From Chara braunii (lineage: Eukaryota > Plantae > Charophyceae): a stretch of DNA of 64,000 nt. Of the stretch, positions 1-13,331 are shown one piece after another. The stretch spans positions 7,420,690 through 7,484,689 of the forward strand of contig BFEA01000003.1 in assembly GCA_003427395.1 (NCBI GenBank). Direction: 5' to 3'. Made by a program: the position numbers and the translations under genes. Numbering within the stretch: position 1 is the first letter of the stretch; each line of letters opens with the position of its first letter. The notes under the pieces were generated by a model. That model was not told the origin of the DNA. It searched no databases and saw nothing but the letters and a program-made list of their open reading frames with translations.

Positions 1-396
1 TAGAGGTGTGGGGAGGAGATTTCAAAGGACTGGCGGCCAGATGGAGCTTGGACACGGTGACGTGGCAAAGGAGGACTTGGAGGAATGGAGGGGGAGGAGT
101 TGGAGATGGGGAAGCTAATCAGGGCGCAACAGCGACCATGAAGCTGCCAAACATAGATTGAGGCAGCAACAACGATTTTTTTAGTGAGTTTATGCACTAT
201 AAACAATAGAAAAAAACTTTTGTTACTTTCGGGTCCGAGCAACATTTTCTTCCTTACGGCAACAACTATTGAAACATTCCTATCAAAAACCAATAGTGCC
301 GATGTGAGTATGTCTTTTATTTTTAAATTGGTAAGGAATTTCGATATGACCCTGAGGCAAAAGTTGTTCTGTTTATTTTTCTGCATAACATAGTTT

Positions 397-1254
397 NNNN
401 NNNNNNNNNNNNNNNNNNNNNNNNNNNNNNNNNNNNNNNNNNNNNNNNNNNNNNNNNNNNNNNNNNNNNNNNNNNNNNNNNNNNNNNNNNNNNNNNNNNN
501 NNNNNNNNNNNNNNNNNNNNNNNNNNNNNNNNNNNNNNNNNNNNNNNNNNNNNNNNNNNNNNNNNNNNNNNNNNNNNNNNNNNNNNNNNNNNNNNNNNNN
601 NNNNNNNNNNNNNNNNNNNNNNNNNNNNNNNNNNNNNNNNNNNNNNNNNNNNNNNNNNNNNNNNNNNNNNNNNNNNNNNNNNNNNNNNNNNNNNNNNNNN
701 NNNNNNNNNNNNNNNNNNNNNNNNNNNNNNNNNNNNNNNNNNNNNNNNNNNNNNNNNNNNNNNNNNNNNNNNNNNNNNNNNNNNNNNNNNNNNNNNNNNN
801 NNNNNNNNNNNNNNNNNNNNNNNNNNNNNNNNNNNNNNNNNNNNNNNNNNNNNNNNNNNNNNNNNNNNNNNNNNNNNNNNNNNNNNNNNNNNNNNNNNNN
901 NNNNNNNNNNNNNNNNNNNNNNNNNNNNNNNNNNNNNNNNNNNNNNNNNNNNNNNNNNNNNNNNNNNNNNNNNNNNNNNNNNNNNNNNNNNNNNNNNNNN
1001 NNNNNNNNNNNNNNNNNNNNNNNNNNNNNNNNNNNNNNNNNNNNNNNNNNNNNNNNNNNNNNNNNNNNNNNNNNNNNNNNNNNNNNNNNNNNNNNNNNNN
1101 NNNNNNNNNNNNNNNNNNNNNNNNNNNNNNNNNNNNNNNNNNNNNNNNNNNNNNNNNNNNNNNNNNNNNNNNNNNNNNNNNNNNNNNNNNNNNNNNNNNN
1201 NNNNNNNNNNNNNNNNNNNNNNNNNNNNNNNNNNNNNNNNNNNNNNNNNNNNNN
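397..1254. other. Assembly gap (N run)
   Basis: Run of N. Confidence 0.99.
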
Positions 1255-2182
1255 GAGATCGGGAGGGGGGATGAGGAAGAAGAAGAAGAGGAAGAAGAAG
1301 GGGGAGATGATAACGACGAGGAGGGGGGAAGAGGAAATGAGGACGGCGATGGTGAAGGAGGAGAAGAAGAAGAAGAAAAGAGGAAGAAGAAGAGCAGAAA
1401 AAAGAAAAAAAAAGAAAAAAAAGAAGTTTATTGAGCACTTACCTGCGCACCGGCTTCGGGATCGGTGACGTGGCAACGACGACGACGAAGGCAGCGAGGT
1501 GCTGATGTCGTGAATTTGGCGATAGTGGTGACGACACATACGAGGTTCTGGCATGGCAGCGACGACGACGACAAAGATGATGAGGATGGCGATGCCGTGG
1601 AGGCGATGATGACGTCGGAGATGATGATGATGACGATGCCGGAACAGGGAGGGAGGAAGGGTCGTTTGCTGCTCCGATACCGGTGTGACAGGGGTGAGGC
1701 AGAGCAGCGAGGCCGAGGAAGAGCGAGAGGGAGACAGGGAGAATACACACACACACTCACTAAACACGACTTGACAGACGCAGACACAAAGTAGCAAAGT
1801 CACATAGTGATAGTCTTGCATTCCGAACACAATGGCGCAGCAAGTCACACTGAAGCACACGCACTCAGGCCGAAAACTAAGTGCCCGAACTCAGCTTGAG
1901 TCCGTTTTTAAGTACCGGACTTAAGTTGAGTCCAAGGGCAGAAATGCAATTTGCCTCGGGGTTGAACTGAAAATTGAAGGTCTGAGCCTGGGCGCCAGAA
2001 TGCCGGATGGCGCCAAGTATCGAAATCCGAAAGTGCTAGAGGCGGGATTTGAGAACGGGCACCAACTGCAGAGGGCGTCAACAGTCAGGAACCGGTAATC
2101 AGAGACTTAAAACAAATAGAATAGTTGTCTGGCGGGTAGTAACCCGCGGACCAAGAATCGAGCCCTGGCTAAGTCCGTAACA

Positions 2183-3132
2183 ACTTTACTTTACTTTGCG
2201 ACATTGTACTCTACTTTATGACACTCTACTCTACGGCACTCTACAACACTCTACTCTACCCTTCTCTACTCTACTCAATTTTACTCTACTCTGCTATACT
2301 CTACTCCAGTCTACTTTACTCTACTCTACTATATTGTACGACAATCTACTCTACGATACTCTACTCTACTCTATGACACTTTACTGTCCTCTACGACACT
2401 CTACTTTAATCTACTCGACGACTTTTTACTTCACTCTACTCCACTCTACTCCACTCTACTCCACTCTACTCTATTGTACTCTACTCTACTTTACGACAAT
2501 CTGCTCTACGACAATCTACTCTACTATACTCTACTTTACAATTGTCTACTTTCCTCTACGACACTTTACTGTGCTCTACTCTATGATACTCTATGAAACT
2601 TTATTCTACTCTATGACACTCTACTCTACTCTATGACATTATACTCTAATATACTCTACGACACTATACGACACTCTACTCTATTCAACTATACTCTACG
2701 ACACTTTACGACACTCTACTACACTCTACTACACTCTACAACACTCTATGACACTCTATGACACTCGATGACACTCTACAACACTCTACTCTACTCTACG
2801 ACCCTCTACAACACTATACTTTTTTTTACTCTATGACACTCTACTCTACTTTACTCTACTCTACTTTACTCCATTATACTCCACTCTACTCCGCTCCTAT
2901 GTACTTTACTCTAGTCTACTCTGCGACACTCTACTCTATGACACTCTACTATACTACACTCTACTCTATGACACTCTACTATACTACACTCTACTCTACT
3001 CTGCGACACTCTACGATACTCTACTCGACTCGACGACATTGTTCTCTACCCTACTCGACGATACTCTACTCTACTTTACTTTACGACACTCTACTGTATT
3101 TTACAACACTTCACTCTACTCTACTCTACTCT
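2183..3132. repeat. Degenerate pentanucleotide satellite (CTACT)n with ACGACACT/ATGACACT variants
   Basis: Direct reading: ctact units over ~950 bp; the ORFs here are TLLYS-type artefacts. Confidence 0.95.
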
Positions 3133-3134
3133 TC

Positions 3135-3191
3135 TATACATATATATATATATATGTATATAGATAGATATATATTTTATCTATATATATA
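3135..3191. repeat. (TA)n microsatellite
   Basis: tatatata tract. Confidence 0.9.
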
Positions 3192-3329
3192 AAACGTTAT
3201 AAATATATATTGGTTCATGGATGTTCTGCGCCTTGCCTAAGGGGCTAAAATTCGTGGTCTTTCATATTTTTTGAAGTTGACATTCTTTAGGGGGGTGAGG
3301 GAGGTAGGTGGGAGGGGGTTGTTGTTCTA

Positions 3330-4257
3330 CAACGACACATCACATACAGCGCACTCTGCACACGTTGGACATAACACATAGCGGAGTAGGTGGAGAACAA
3401 TTAGATGAGAAGAAGAAAAAAAAGAACAAGAAAAAAATAGTTCAAGAAAAAAAGGAGGAGGAGGAAGAGGAGGAGGAAGAGGAGGAGAAAAATCGGGGTG
3501 GATGGAGAAAAATGGGGGTGGAGGAGAAAATCGAGATGGATAAGGAAAAAAAAAAAAAATTGAAAGAAGAAGAAGAGGAGGAGGAGGAGGAAGAAGAGGA
3601 GGAGGAGGAGAAAGATCGAGATGGATGAAGAAAAGTGGTAATGGAGGAGAGGAGAAGAAGAAGAAGAAAAAGAAGAAGAAGAAGAAGAGGAAGAGGAAGA
3701 GGTAGAAGAAGAAGAGGAAGGGGAGGAGGAGGAGGGGGGGGAAATCGTGGTGGATTGAGAAAGATAGGGGTGAAGGAGAAAGATGGAGATAAATATGAAG
3801 AAAAAGAAGAAGAAGAGGAGGAGGAGGAAGAGGAAGGGGAGAAGAAAAATCAAGATAGATGGGGAAAGGTGGGGTTGGAGGAGAGGAGAAAAAGAAGAAG
3901 AAGAGCAGGAGGAGGAGGAGGATAAAAACCGGGGTGGATGGAGAAAGACGAGGGTGGAGGAGGAAGATCGGGATGGATAAGAAGTAAGAGGAGAAGAAAT
4001 GAAAGAAGAAGAAGAAGGGGAGGAGGAGGAAGAGGAAGAGGTGGAGAAAGATCGGGATGGGTGGAGAAAGGTGGGGAAGGAGGAGAGGAGGAAAAGAAAA
4101 TGAAGAAGAGTAGTAGGAGGAGGAGTACAAAAATCGGGGTGGATAGAGAAATATGGGGATGGAGGTGAAAGATTAAGATAGATAAGAAGAAGAGGAGGAG
4201 GAGGAGGAGAAAGATCTTGATGGATAGAGAAAGATGGGGATGGAGGACGGGGAAGAA

Positions 4258-4290
<33 letters not shown>

Positions 4291-5985
4291 AACAATCGGG
4301 GTGGAAGGAGAAAGATCGGGACGGATTAGAAGAAAGAGAAGAAAAAGGGAAAGGGAAAGGAGAAGAGGAGGGGGGGGAGAAAGATCGGGATGGGGATGAA
4401 GGAGAGGAGAAAAATAAGGAGAGGAGGAGGAGGAGGAGGAAGAGAAAATTTGGGGTGGATAGAGAAAGATGGGGGTGGAGAAGAAAGATCGGGATAAATA
4501 AGAAGAAAAAGAAGAAGACGTGAAAAAAGAAGAATTAGAGCAGAAGGAGAAAGACGAGGAGGACAAGGAGGAGGAGAAAGATCGGCCTGGATGGAGAAAG
4601 ATGGGGATGGAGGAGAGAAACTTGGGTAGATGGAGATCAGAAGAAGAAGAAGAAGAGGAACTAGAGCAGCGAGAGAGGACCCTGGAGGGAAGCGATGGAC
4701 AGAGGGAGGAGGCAACAGAGGTAGGGATGCTCTCTCTCTCTCTCTCTTTGTGTGTGTGTGTGTGGTTCCCTTTCGCGCGGAGTATTGAACTTTGCGCGGA
4801 GTACCAAGGCGCCACAATCGACGGTTGGGAGTACCAAGAAGAAGACACAACACAGCGCACACTGCACACATTGGACACGACACATAGCGGAGTAGGTGAA
4901 GGACAATTAGATGATAAGAAGAAAAAAAAAAAAAAAAAAAAAGAGGAGGAAGAAGAGAAAAATAGGGGTGGATAGAGAAAGATAGGGGTGGAGGGGAAAG
5001 ATCGAGATGGATAAGAAGAAAAAAAGAAGTGAAAGAAGAAGAAGAAAAGGAGGAGGAAGAGAAACATTGGGATGAATGGGGAAAGGTGGGGATGGAGGAG
5101 AGGAGAGTAAGAAGAAGAAGAGGAGGAGGAGGAGGAGGAGGAGGAGAAAAATCATGATGAATGGAGAAAGATGGGTTTAGAGGAGAAAGATCGAGATGGA
5201 TATGGAAAACAAGAAGAAGAAGTGAAAGAAGAAGAAGAAGAAGAAGAAGGAGAAGAAGAGGAGGAGGAGGAAGGAGGAGAAGGAGAATGATCAGAATGGA
5301 TGGAGAAATGTGGGGTTAGAGGAGAGGAGAAGAAGAAGAAAAAGGAGGAGGACAAAAAAATGGGGTGGATGAGGAAAGATGGGGGTGGAGAAGAAAGATT
5401 GGGATGCATTAGAAGTAAAAGAAGAAGACATGAAAGAAGAAGAAGAAGAGGAGGAGGAGGAAAAAGAGGAGGATGAAGAAAGGTGGGGATGGAGAAGAGG
5501 AGGAGAAGAAAAATAAAAGTAGGAGAAGGAAGAGGAGTATAAAAATCGGGGTGGATGGGGAAAGATGCGGATGGAGGAGAGAAATTGGGATGGATAAGAT
5601 GAAAAAGAGGAAGAAGTGAAAGGAGAAGAAGAAGAGGAGGGGTAGAAAGAGGAGGAGGAGGAGAAAGGTCGAGATGGGGATGGAGGAGAGGATAAAAAGA
5701 AGGAGAAGAAGAGGAGGAGGAGGAGGAGGAGGAGAATAATCGGGGTGGGTGGAGAAAGATCGGGATAGATAAAAAGAAAAAGAAGATGAAGTGAAAGAAG
5801 AAGGAGAAGAACAGGAGGAGGAGGAGAAAGATCGGCCTGGATGGAGAAAGATGGGGATGGAGGAGAGAGACCGAAGTGGATGGAGGTAAGAAGAAGAAGA
5901 AGAAGAAATAGAAGAGGAACAGGAGGAGGAGGAAAGGAGCCTGGAGGGATGTGATGAATGGAGGGAGGAGGTGATGGAGGCAGGG

Positions 5986-6032
<47 letters not shown>

Positions 6033-6225
6033 GTGTATGTGTGTGTGTGTGTTGCCCTTCGTGCGGCTGCACTCTGCGAGTTATCGGAGTCGACCTTTTT
6101 TTTTCGAACATTCCCTTCGCGAGGAGTATCGAATTTTGCACGGAGTACCAGGGCACCACAATCGACGGTTGGGAGTATCAAGAAGAAGAAGAAGGAGGAG
6201 GAGGAGGAGGAGGAAAGGAGAACGA
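3330..6225. repeat. Purine-rich (GAA/GAG) degenerate satellite with recurring motifs and a 1.3-1.5 kb higher-order duplication
   Basis: Motif aaaatcggggtggatggagaaagatggggatggagg recurs; unique spacers are duplicated (3335-3410 vs 4845-4915; 4570-4840 vs 5820-6185). Confidence 0.85.
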
Positions 6226-6231
6226 GGATGC

Positions 6232-6239
6232 AACACACG

Positions 6240-6280
<41 letters not shown>

Positions 6281-6282
6281 TC
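6232..6282. repeat. (CA)n microsatellite
   Basis: Direct reading. Confidence 0.95.
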
Positions 6283-6879
6283 ACTCTTACATGGCGATGG
6301 CGGTTTGTAGCGGGCGCGGGGCGACGGGGAGTGGTCGATGGGCGCAGGGCGATGGGCAGTGATCCACGGGCGGGGGGGCGTGGGGCAATGACCAGCAGTC
6401 ATGGTTGAACGTCGGGTGGAGGGCGGGGTCCGTTTGCCAAGGACCCCCACGCGATTCCACGCTGGCATTCGAAGTGGAATGCCTGTCTGAAATCGCGAGG
6501 AGATCCTTGAGGAAACGTGATTTCAAGCCCTTGATCTTGCAGATCGAGGGTTTGAAATCACCCTTTCTTTTTCATTTGCGAGGGGCCAATTGGGCCTACA
6601 CGCAAAAAAAAAAAAATATTGGTCTGCCGCCTCCCCTGATTCCTCGTCGTGCATCCTTTTGAAAAAAAAATTCCCATGTTGTGGAGTGCGCACAGGGGCC
6701 TGCCCAGCCCTCAGGCCAAATCGGACACCTGGACACCATTTCGGGTGTGGTCTGGGGGGGCACCCAGGAAATCAACCTTGGTGTATAGCGCATATGGCAA
6801 TACACACACATACACACATGTTGTTGATGTGGCTCTTTGTTGACGACATTGTTTCTGATGTGCCCAGGCGACTTTTGCC

Positions 6880-6881
<2 letters not shown>

Positions 6882-6941
<60 letters not shown>

Positions 6942-6991
6942 CTCTCTCTCTCTCTCTCTCAAGTTGTGTATGTGTGTGTGTGTGTGTGTGT
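6882..6991. repeat. Compound (CT)n/(GT)n microsatellite
   Basis: Direct reading. Confidence 0.95.
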
Positions 6992-7186
6992 TTCACTTTC
7001 ACAAGTTTTCTATAAAAAAAGGTCGCGTTTTCTCACAGAGTCACAGGAGGAGGAGGACAAGAAGATATGGCGGAAGAAGAACAGTTGTAGGAGGAGGAGG
7101 AGGAGAAAGATATAGCAGAAGAAGAGGACGGGGAGGAGGAGGAAGAAAAAATATGGCGGGGTGAATGGAGGAGGAGGAGAAAGATA

Positions 7187-7877
7187 TGTCATTTGTGTAC
7201 CTAGTTGTTCTTGAGTTCCAATGGTTGATCAAGGATTCATAAAAGATTTTTCTGCCCGGCGCCCATCACAAGCTTGGCGCCCACCAACTAGAGATAGGTC
7301 GTTGGTTTCCCCTAGGTCCCTAGGGGCATTGACCAGAGACTACTCATGTTTGTAAGGGGAGCGGGCAGGAGGGGAGGCACAACGAGTTGCCCTAGAAGAA
7401 GCTCAGCCCTGATGCTACCGGTTGACTCCTGGCCGATATCGCCCACATATTGAAGCAGGTATCGCACCTGTTGGTCACAAAGCTCGCAAACTTTTACTTC
7501 TCCTACATCCACACCCGATCCATATTGAACATCCATAATATTTGGCAGTCGCAGCCAGCCGTAACTGTCGTTTAAAACTTCCCACAACCCGACTCAACCG
7601 CAGTTGGGCCAATTTGAGCGTACAAACCCGGCCCCGCCCGAGCTCAAACCTTGAAGAAGAATTGCAGTCGGACCTGCCCAGATCTAGATATATTTTTCAC
7701 CACCTGCCATTATCCCACCCGCACCCGCTGATAGCTGGCATTTTTTCACTACCCTCACTCGTCTGTACACACCCGTACTTGCCATTGTTTTTCCTATATA
7801 TACAACTAGTGGCCCCGATGATATAGAACCTTTGGTCAACCATTGGAACTCAAGAACAACTAGGTACATGAATGACA
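7187..7877. mobile_element. Non-autonomous TIR element (~690 bp) with ~52-bp terminal inverted repeats, TGTCA...TGACA ends
   Basis: 7187-7238 tgtcatttgtgtacctagttgttcttgagttccaatggttgatcaaggattc is near-identical to the reverse complement of 7826-7877; no clear TSD. Confidence 0.75.
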
Positions 7878-8835
7878 AGTCTCGAGACAACTGCGCATGC
7901 CGTCAGAGTGGGAGAAAAAAAGTCGTGAGACAAAATTCAAAGCATATCGAGGTCACACCTCCAGAAAATTGATGGTCTGTTAAAAAAAAACAAGATCATG
8001 AAAAGTGGGGGCCATTACCCCAATAGACATATATGCATTGGTGTAAACCCCAACATGCATACATGTGAATCTTTTTGACAGGACTGGTGGTCTGTGTCAA
8101 GTCTAGACCCACCCAGAAATAGCCATTTTTTTTTTTTTTGTATAAAAGGCCACTCACAACTGGCCCATTCTTCTTTGCCAAAATTGGCCCCAACCCGGCC
8201 CAAGGTCATCCTCCCATCAACGTGGACAGACCTGGCCAAGTGGGACATAGGCCGGTCAAACCTACCCGCAGTTGTCGGATCCGGTCGAAGGGAGCTGGCT
8301 CGGTTACGGCCAGCCATTTGCAGGTTGGTCGGTTGCAGCTCCTTCATGTTCCCTGGTTGAACACCATTGTGGCTGCCACATGGTTCCCCATAATACTATA
8401 ATGATGATATCATAATAGAAAAGGCATTAAAGGTCGTTGTGTCCATATTTGGAAGGTGATTGAATTGGTTGGGCTTAAACTGCCACTACCTTTCCAAGTT
8501 GTAGTCTCGTTTGGGAAAATGACCTCAACCGCAAAGTTTGGGTGTCCGGTGTAGGGTAGGTAGGAAACGAAAGGAAAAAAAAAATTGGGACCCCGCAACC
8601 CTTGGTGAGGGAAAAATAATGTGGACGTCGTGAAGGCCCTCACGGAGGTGGAAGTCACACCAATGCTTTGTGGAGTGTATCTGGCCAATATGTGAGGAAT
8701 GTGATTTCTTATGTTTGCGTTTTTATTTTCCTTGTTCTCTTTTCGTTTTGGTGCCCTGACAATGAGGCAGGGCGGTTTCCACAGGAGGCAGGTAAAAAAT
8801 AAAAAATAAAATTTCATTTTTATTTATTTTAATCC

Positions 8836-9300
8836 TTTTTGGCCCGGCCAGGCAAGTGGTCCCGGGCCACTCAAGTAGCTTAGTTTATTATTATTTTTAT
8901 TAGAATTTATTCGAAAATACGTAATTAATTATTTTTTTTGACATTTCTTTTCCAAAAATATTTTCTTTTTTGAAACTTTGGAAAATACGTAGAATTAGTT
9001 ATTCTTTCACGACATTTTTTCCTCGAAATTCGAAAATAATTTTAATTAGTTCGAAAATATTTCAGAATTAATTTTTTTTTTTTCAACATCTCTTTTTCGT
9101 AATTCAAAAACATTCCTAATTGATTCTTTTTCAGAATTTTTATAATTGGAAAATATATTAGAATTAATTCAACTTTTTTCCTTTTCGTAATTCGAATTAA
9201 TTATTTTTCGACATTTCTTTGAAATTCGAAACTACTTTTAATTCATTTTTTTTTCTAGGTTATCAAAGCGGCCCGGGGTCACTTGCCCGGCCGCGCAAAA
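8836..9300. repeat. Foldback structure: GC-rich inverted ~45-bp arms around an AT-rich TTCGAA-rich core
   Basis: ttttggcccggccaggcaagtggtcccgggcc (8836-8883) vs reverse complement of ctaggttatcaaagcggcccggggtcacttgcccggccgcgcaaaa (9256-9300). Confidence 0.65.
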
Positions 9301-12139
9301 AAAAAATAAAAAAAATAAAAAATAATAATTTAAACTTTATTTTTTATTTTAAATTCGGTGAAGAATTTCGATGTCCTGAGGCAAACGTTGTTCGATTTAT
9401 GTTTCTGCATAACATAGTTTTTTTTCAGATTTTTTTAATTTTTTTTAAGCTTAGAACTGCACTGGTCCTTGCACGGGCTGGCCACCCGGGACCCGGGCGA
9501 CCCGACTGGTAGCCTAGTTTTTTTTTCGGAAATTTTTTAAAATATATTAGAATTAATTAAATTATTTTTTGATATTTATTTTTAAAAATTCGAAAATAAT
9601 TTTAATTTTATTTTTTTCTCGTATATTTTAATTCATAAACCCTTCTCGAATTTTTTTTTAAATTTGAAAATGCCTTATGATCAATTATTTTTCAAAAATT
9701 CTGGAAATTTGAGAATATTTTTGAATTACTTAACCTTTTTTTTTTTTTTTAATTTTTACGCTTTCTTGCAAAATCATACCCCAAGATTAATTCCGAATAA
9801 ATTTAAACCCAAATTGGAACTTTTTTTTTGAAACAAAGTTTTTTTTTTTCTTCCCTTTTTCTATATTTTCAGCGAAAAATTTTAAAAATTATCGTTTTGC
9901 AAGTTCCTCCTTCAAATTGTTTTTGAATTTTTTTCCAAAGCGTATTCTCGAATTAATTTCGAATAACTTTAATTAATTCGAATCGAAATTAATTTATTTT
10001 AATTCTTGTTTTGCAAATTTTATTTTTTGGAAATTATTTTCTTTGATAAATGAATTGATGTCGTTCTACCCGTGTAAATAGGACCCCCTTCTGGACATGA
10101 CACGCACAACTAGGAACTCTCAACGCGCCGCCGCCGCCGCCGCCGCTGTTGCCGCTGCCTCCACCTCATCTGCTGCAACCACCACTTCCTCCCCCACCAT
10201 GGCCCAATCATCCAACATTAATATGTCCGACATCCGCACCGACTCCGTCGACAACATCGCCCGGAACCTTGCAGGTGAGCAAACACCAGCACCCGCATGA
10301 TGACATCCCTCCACTCATCCATCGATGACATCATAACATCCGTTTCCACCATCTGTGCTCGCGTGACTGCCATTGAAAATCAAACCGCCGCCATCGTGGT
10401 CGTCACCACCACGTCCCCTCTCACCTCGGGTGCCACCACCTTTCCCCCATCCTCCGCTTCCACATCTACACCAACCACCTCCTCCCCCACATCCACCGCC
10501 CTCTCCGCTAGCACGTCATCCACAACCCCACCTTCATCCACTACCTCCACCATAGTCACCCAACCGATAACCCCCGCCGTCACACAGTCGTGGACGATTC
10601 CCCTCCAATCAAAACCCCTCTTGACTTCGTCCGTTATCACCTCCACCCTCCCCAACTATACCCAGATCATTCCACAAGCTATGTATCCCGCTCTTCCACT
10701 ACTTCCCCTAAATGCTCTTATCCCCACCAACCCTGCCAACGATTTCACCCTGGTCAACTCGTCCTCTCCCACCCTTGATTTCAACGCCCTTACTGCCACT
10801 ACCCCCAAAAAAGGCAAAATCCCTCCATCATTCCGCACCAACAAGATTTCCTACCTTCTCAGGCTAACCCCATGAGGATGTTTTCCTCTTTCTCACCAAA
10901 CTTCAACAAACCTTCTCCCTCCACAACGTTCTTGTCTTCCACTACCTCCCCATCGGCGGCAGCAGACTCCTAGACAACGGCTCTCGCTGGTGGTACACAG
11001 AAATGACCAACCGCCATCACGTCAGTCTCCGACCTCACACCTTCCTTGAGTGGGCCACCCTCATCACCTCCATCTTCCGTCCATAGAAACGGTCGATGAC
11101 TACATCGACCAATTTTGTCGGCTCTAACAAAACGGCCCAACCGACCGTTTTGTGCAATACGTCCGCTCGCTTCGTTAACATATCCTCATCGACGTCGTCA
11201 GTGACTTCGCATTCATCTCCCGCGTTAAGCGCGTATGCTGCAAAGACCTAGCGGTCGCCCTCGTCCACGAGCCACCCATGACCCTCGTCGACCTCCTCAC
11301 TCGTGCCCTCCAAATCGACCACATCTTCTCCCCCTACAAGACCGCACTTACTCGGCCCCTCCCCGCTCTCGCTTCTTCCACAGCATCGCCTCCAAGGACA
11401 CCACCTCCACCACCTCCTTGGACAAGTTCACTGCCCTCGGCCCCGACACCCTCTCCGATCCACTAGACACCACATCGCTCCCCCCCGGCAAACACTCTGA
11501 CATTCTCAGGTGGATGGAAAAAAGAGAACGCACCGGTCATCCCTCTATCAACACCCACCCCACCCATCTCACGAAACTCACGTCGGAGAAGTGAACCTAC
11601 CTCCAAGCTAAGGGTGGATGTTTCTAGTGCCAACAATTAGGACATCAACAGACAAGCTGTCCAAATGCCAGACAGTTCACATGTCAGGCACCCAGGTCTG
11701 TGGCCCCCCAATCCGCCGCTTCTGCATCCGCCACTCCCGGCCCCTCCTCCACTTGAACACCGTCTCCATGATCACCACGAATCTGCCCCGGCATCGACAA
11801 CTTGAACTAGTCTGCCGGCCATCCCATCGGTGATGATCGCCACCTCAGCGGTGACCCATTTGGCATCGACAATACGTTTGCCTCCCCCCTCTCCGGTGTC
11901 GCACATCCCACCGGACGACCCCCAGGCGTCGCAATCTTGGTCGCTTGACGCCCCCCTCTCTGCCACATGTTCCTCAACCCTCCTCCCGAGTCCATCCTCT
12001 GTCACCTTCTCAAATGTTGTTGAGGAACAAGCACGACACGATCGGCTTGTCCGATTAGGCAATGAACAATGCTGCCTCAACACCATTATCTCCACCGCCA
12101 ACTTATCACGCTTTCACCTCAAATTTATCGCCTCCACCC

Positions 12140-12410
12140 TTGGTGCGTCTACGACTAAGTTCCAGACCCTCCTCGACATTGGAGCCACCGGTAACTTCAT
12201 CACCGACGAGTGTGTCTGCAAAAGCAGTCTTACCTCTACCGGCTACGACTCCCCGATTAAGATTCATTTAGGGGACAAGGACATCGCTGTCGTAGTAGAC
12301 GCACGGTTCCCGAGACCGCCATGATTGTCGGAACCCTCCACAGTCAGGTCTCAATCGATGTCATGCACTTAATGTGCGACATCGTTTTGGGAACACCATG
12401 GTTGAACCGT
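12140..12410 (+). pseudogene. Retrotransposon aspartic protease domain (disrupted)
   Basis: TLLDIGATGNFI catalytic-like motif; DIVLGTPW motif in a shifted frame. Confidence 0.85.
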
Positions 12411-12459
12411 TAAATGCCATACTCGTTCCACCCCAACTTCCTCCGACCCCGCCCTCACC

Positions 12460-12940
12460 TCCATCCTCGACGAGTTCAAGGATGTCTTCCCCGAGTCCTT
12501 GCCTGTCGGATTACCTCCGGATCGTGGCGTATCCCACACGATCGATCTGGAGTCCGGTCACTCTCCACTTTGTCGGCCTTCGTACCAACTCTCCGTTCCA
12601 GAAGCCGAAAAAGATAAAACGACAACTCAATGAACTCCTTGAAAAAAGATTCATTAAGCCGAGTTCATCCCCCTTCGGCATAAGCTACCTTTTCGTAAAG
12701 AAAGGCGAAAAATTGAAACTTAGGATGTGCACAGACTACCGCAGCTTGAATCGGATCACGATCAAGAACAAGTACCGGGATCTCCGAGTTCCTTGATCAC
12801 CTCCGTGGAGCCAAATATTTTACCAAAATTGACCTCTACGGTGGCTTCCACCAGATCCGCATCCGTGAGAACGACACCCACAAGACCGCATTTTGTTCTC
12901 GCTTCGAACACTACGAGTTCCTCGTGATGCCATTCGGATA
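12460..12940 (+). pseudogene. pol: Ty3/Gypsy reverse transcriptase N-terminal half (frameshifted, ends before YxDD)
   Basis: [18 protein letters not shown] and VMPFG motifs. Confidence 0.92.
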
Positions 12941-13076
12941 AAACCGTACACTTTCTTCATATTACCTGGAAAGGGAGCCGTAACACACATTATTTCGAAA
13001 GAGGCGACATGAGTGGAGATGTGGTAGGACAGCGTATTCGTAACGCACTTCACAACGAGATAGGCATTGTGTGTGT

Positions 13077-13331
<255 letters not shown>

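Larger units (their letters stand above)
10097..12940 (+). mobile_element. Decayed Ty3/Gypsy (chromovirus-like) gag-protease-RT fragment, truncated within RT
   Basis: Gag-like WWYTEM..FLEWATLITSIFRP; zinc knuckle CF*CQQLGHQQTSC (11619-11660); protease LLDIGATGNFI; [86 protein letters not shown]; multiple stops and frameshifts. Confidence 0.95.

Noticed and set aside
323-1860. Long ORFs of 371 and 495 aa
   Set aside because: Mostly N gap plus low-complexity sequence
2183-3132. Telomeric repeat
   Set aside because: CTACT/AGTAG does not match plant or algal telomere motifs and is highly degenerate and internal
2196-7232. Many 60-400 aa ORFs (poly-E/K/R/F/S, TLLYS)
   Set aside because: Translations of simple repeats that lack stop codons by composition
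10097-10875. Ser/Thr/Pro-rich mucin- or AGP-like host gene
   Set aside because: Contiguous with and upstream of gag, zinc knuckle, protease and RT; better explained as the gag N-terminus
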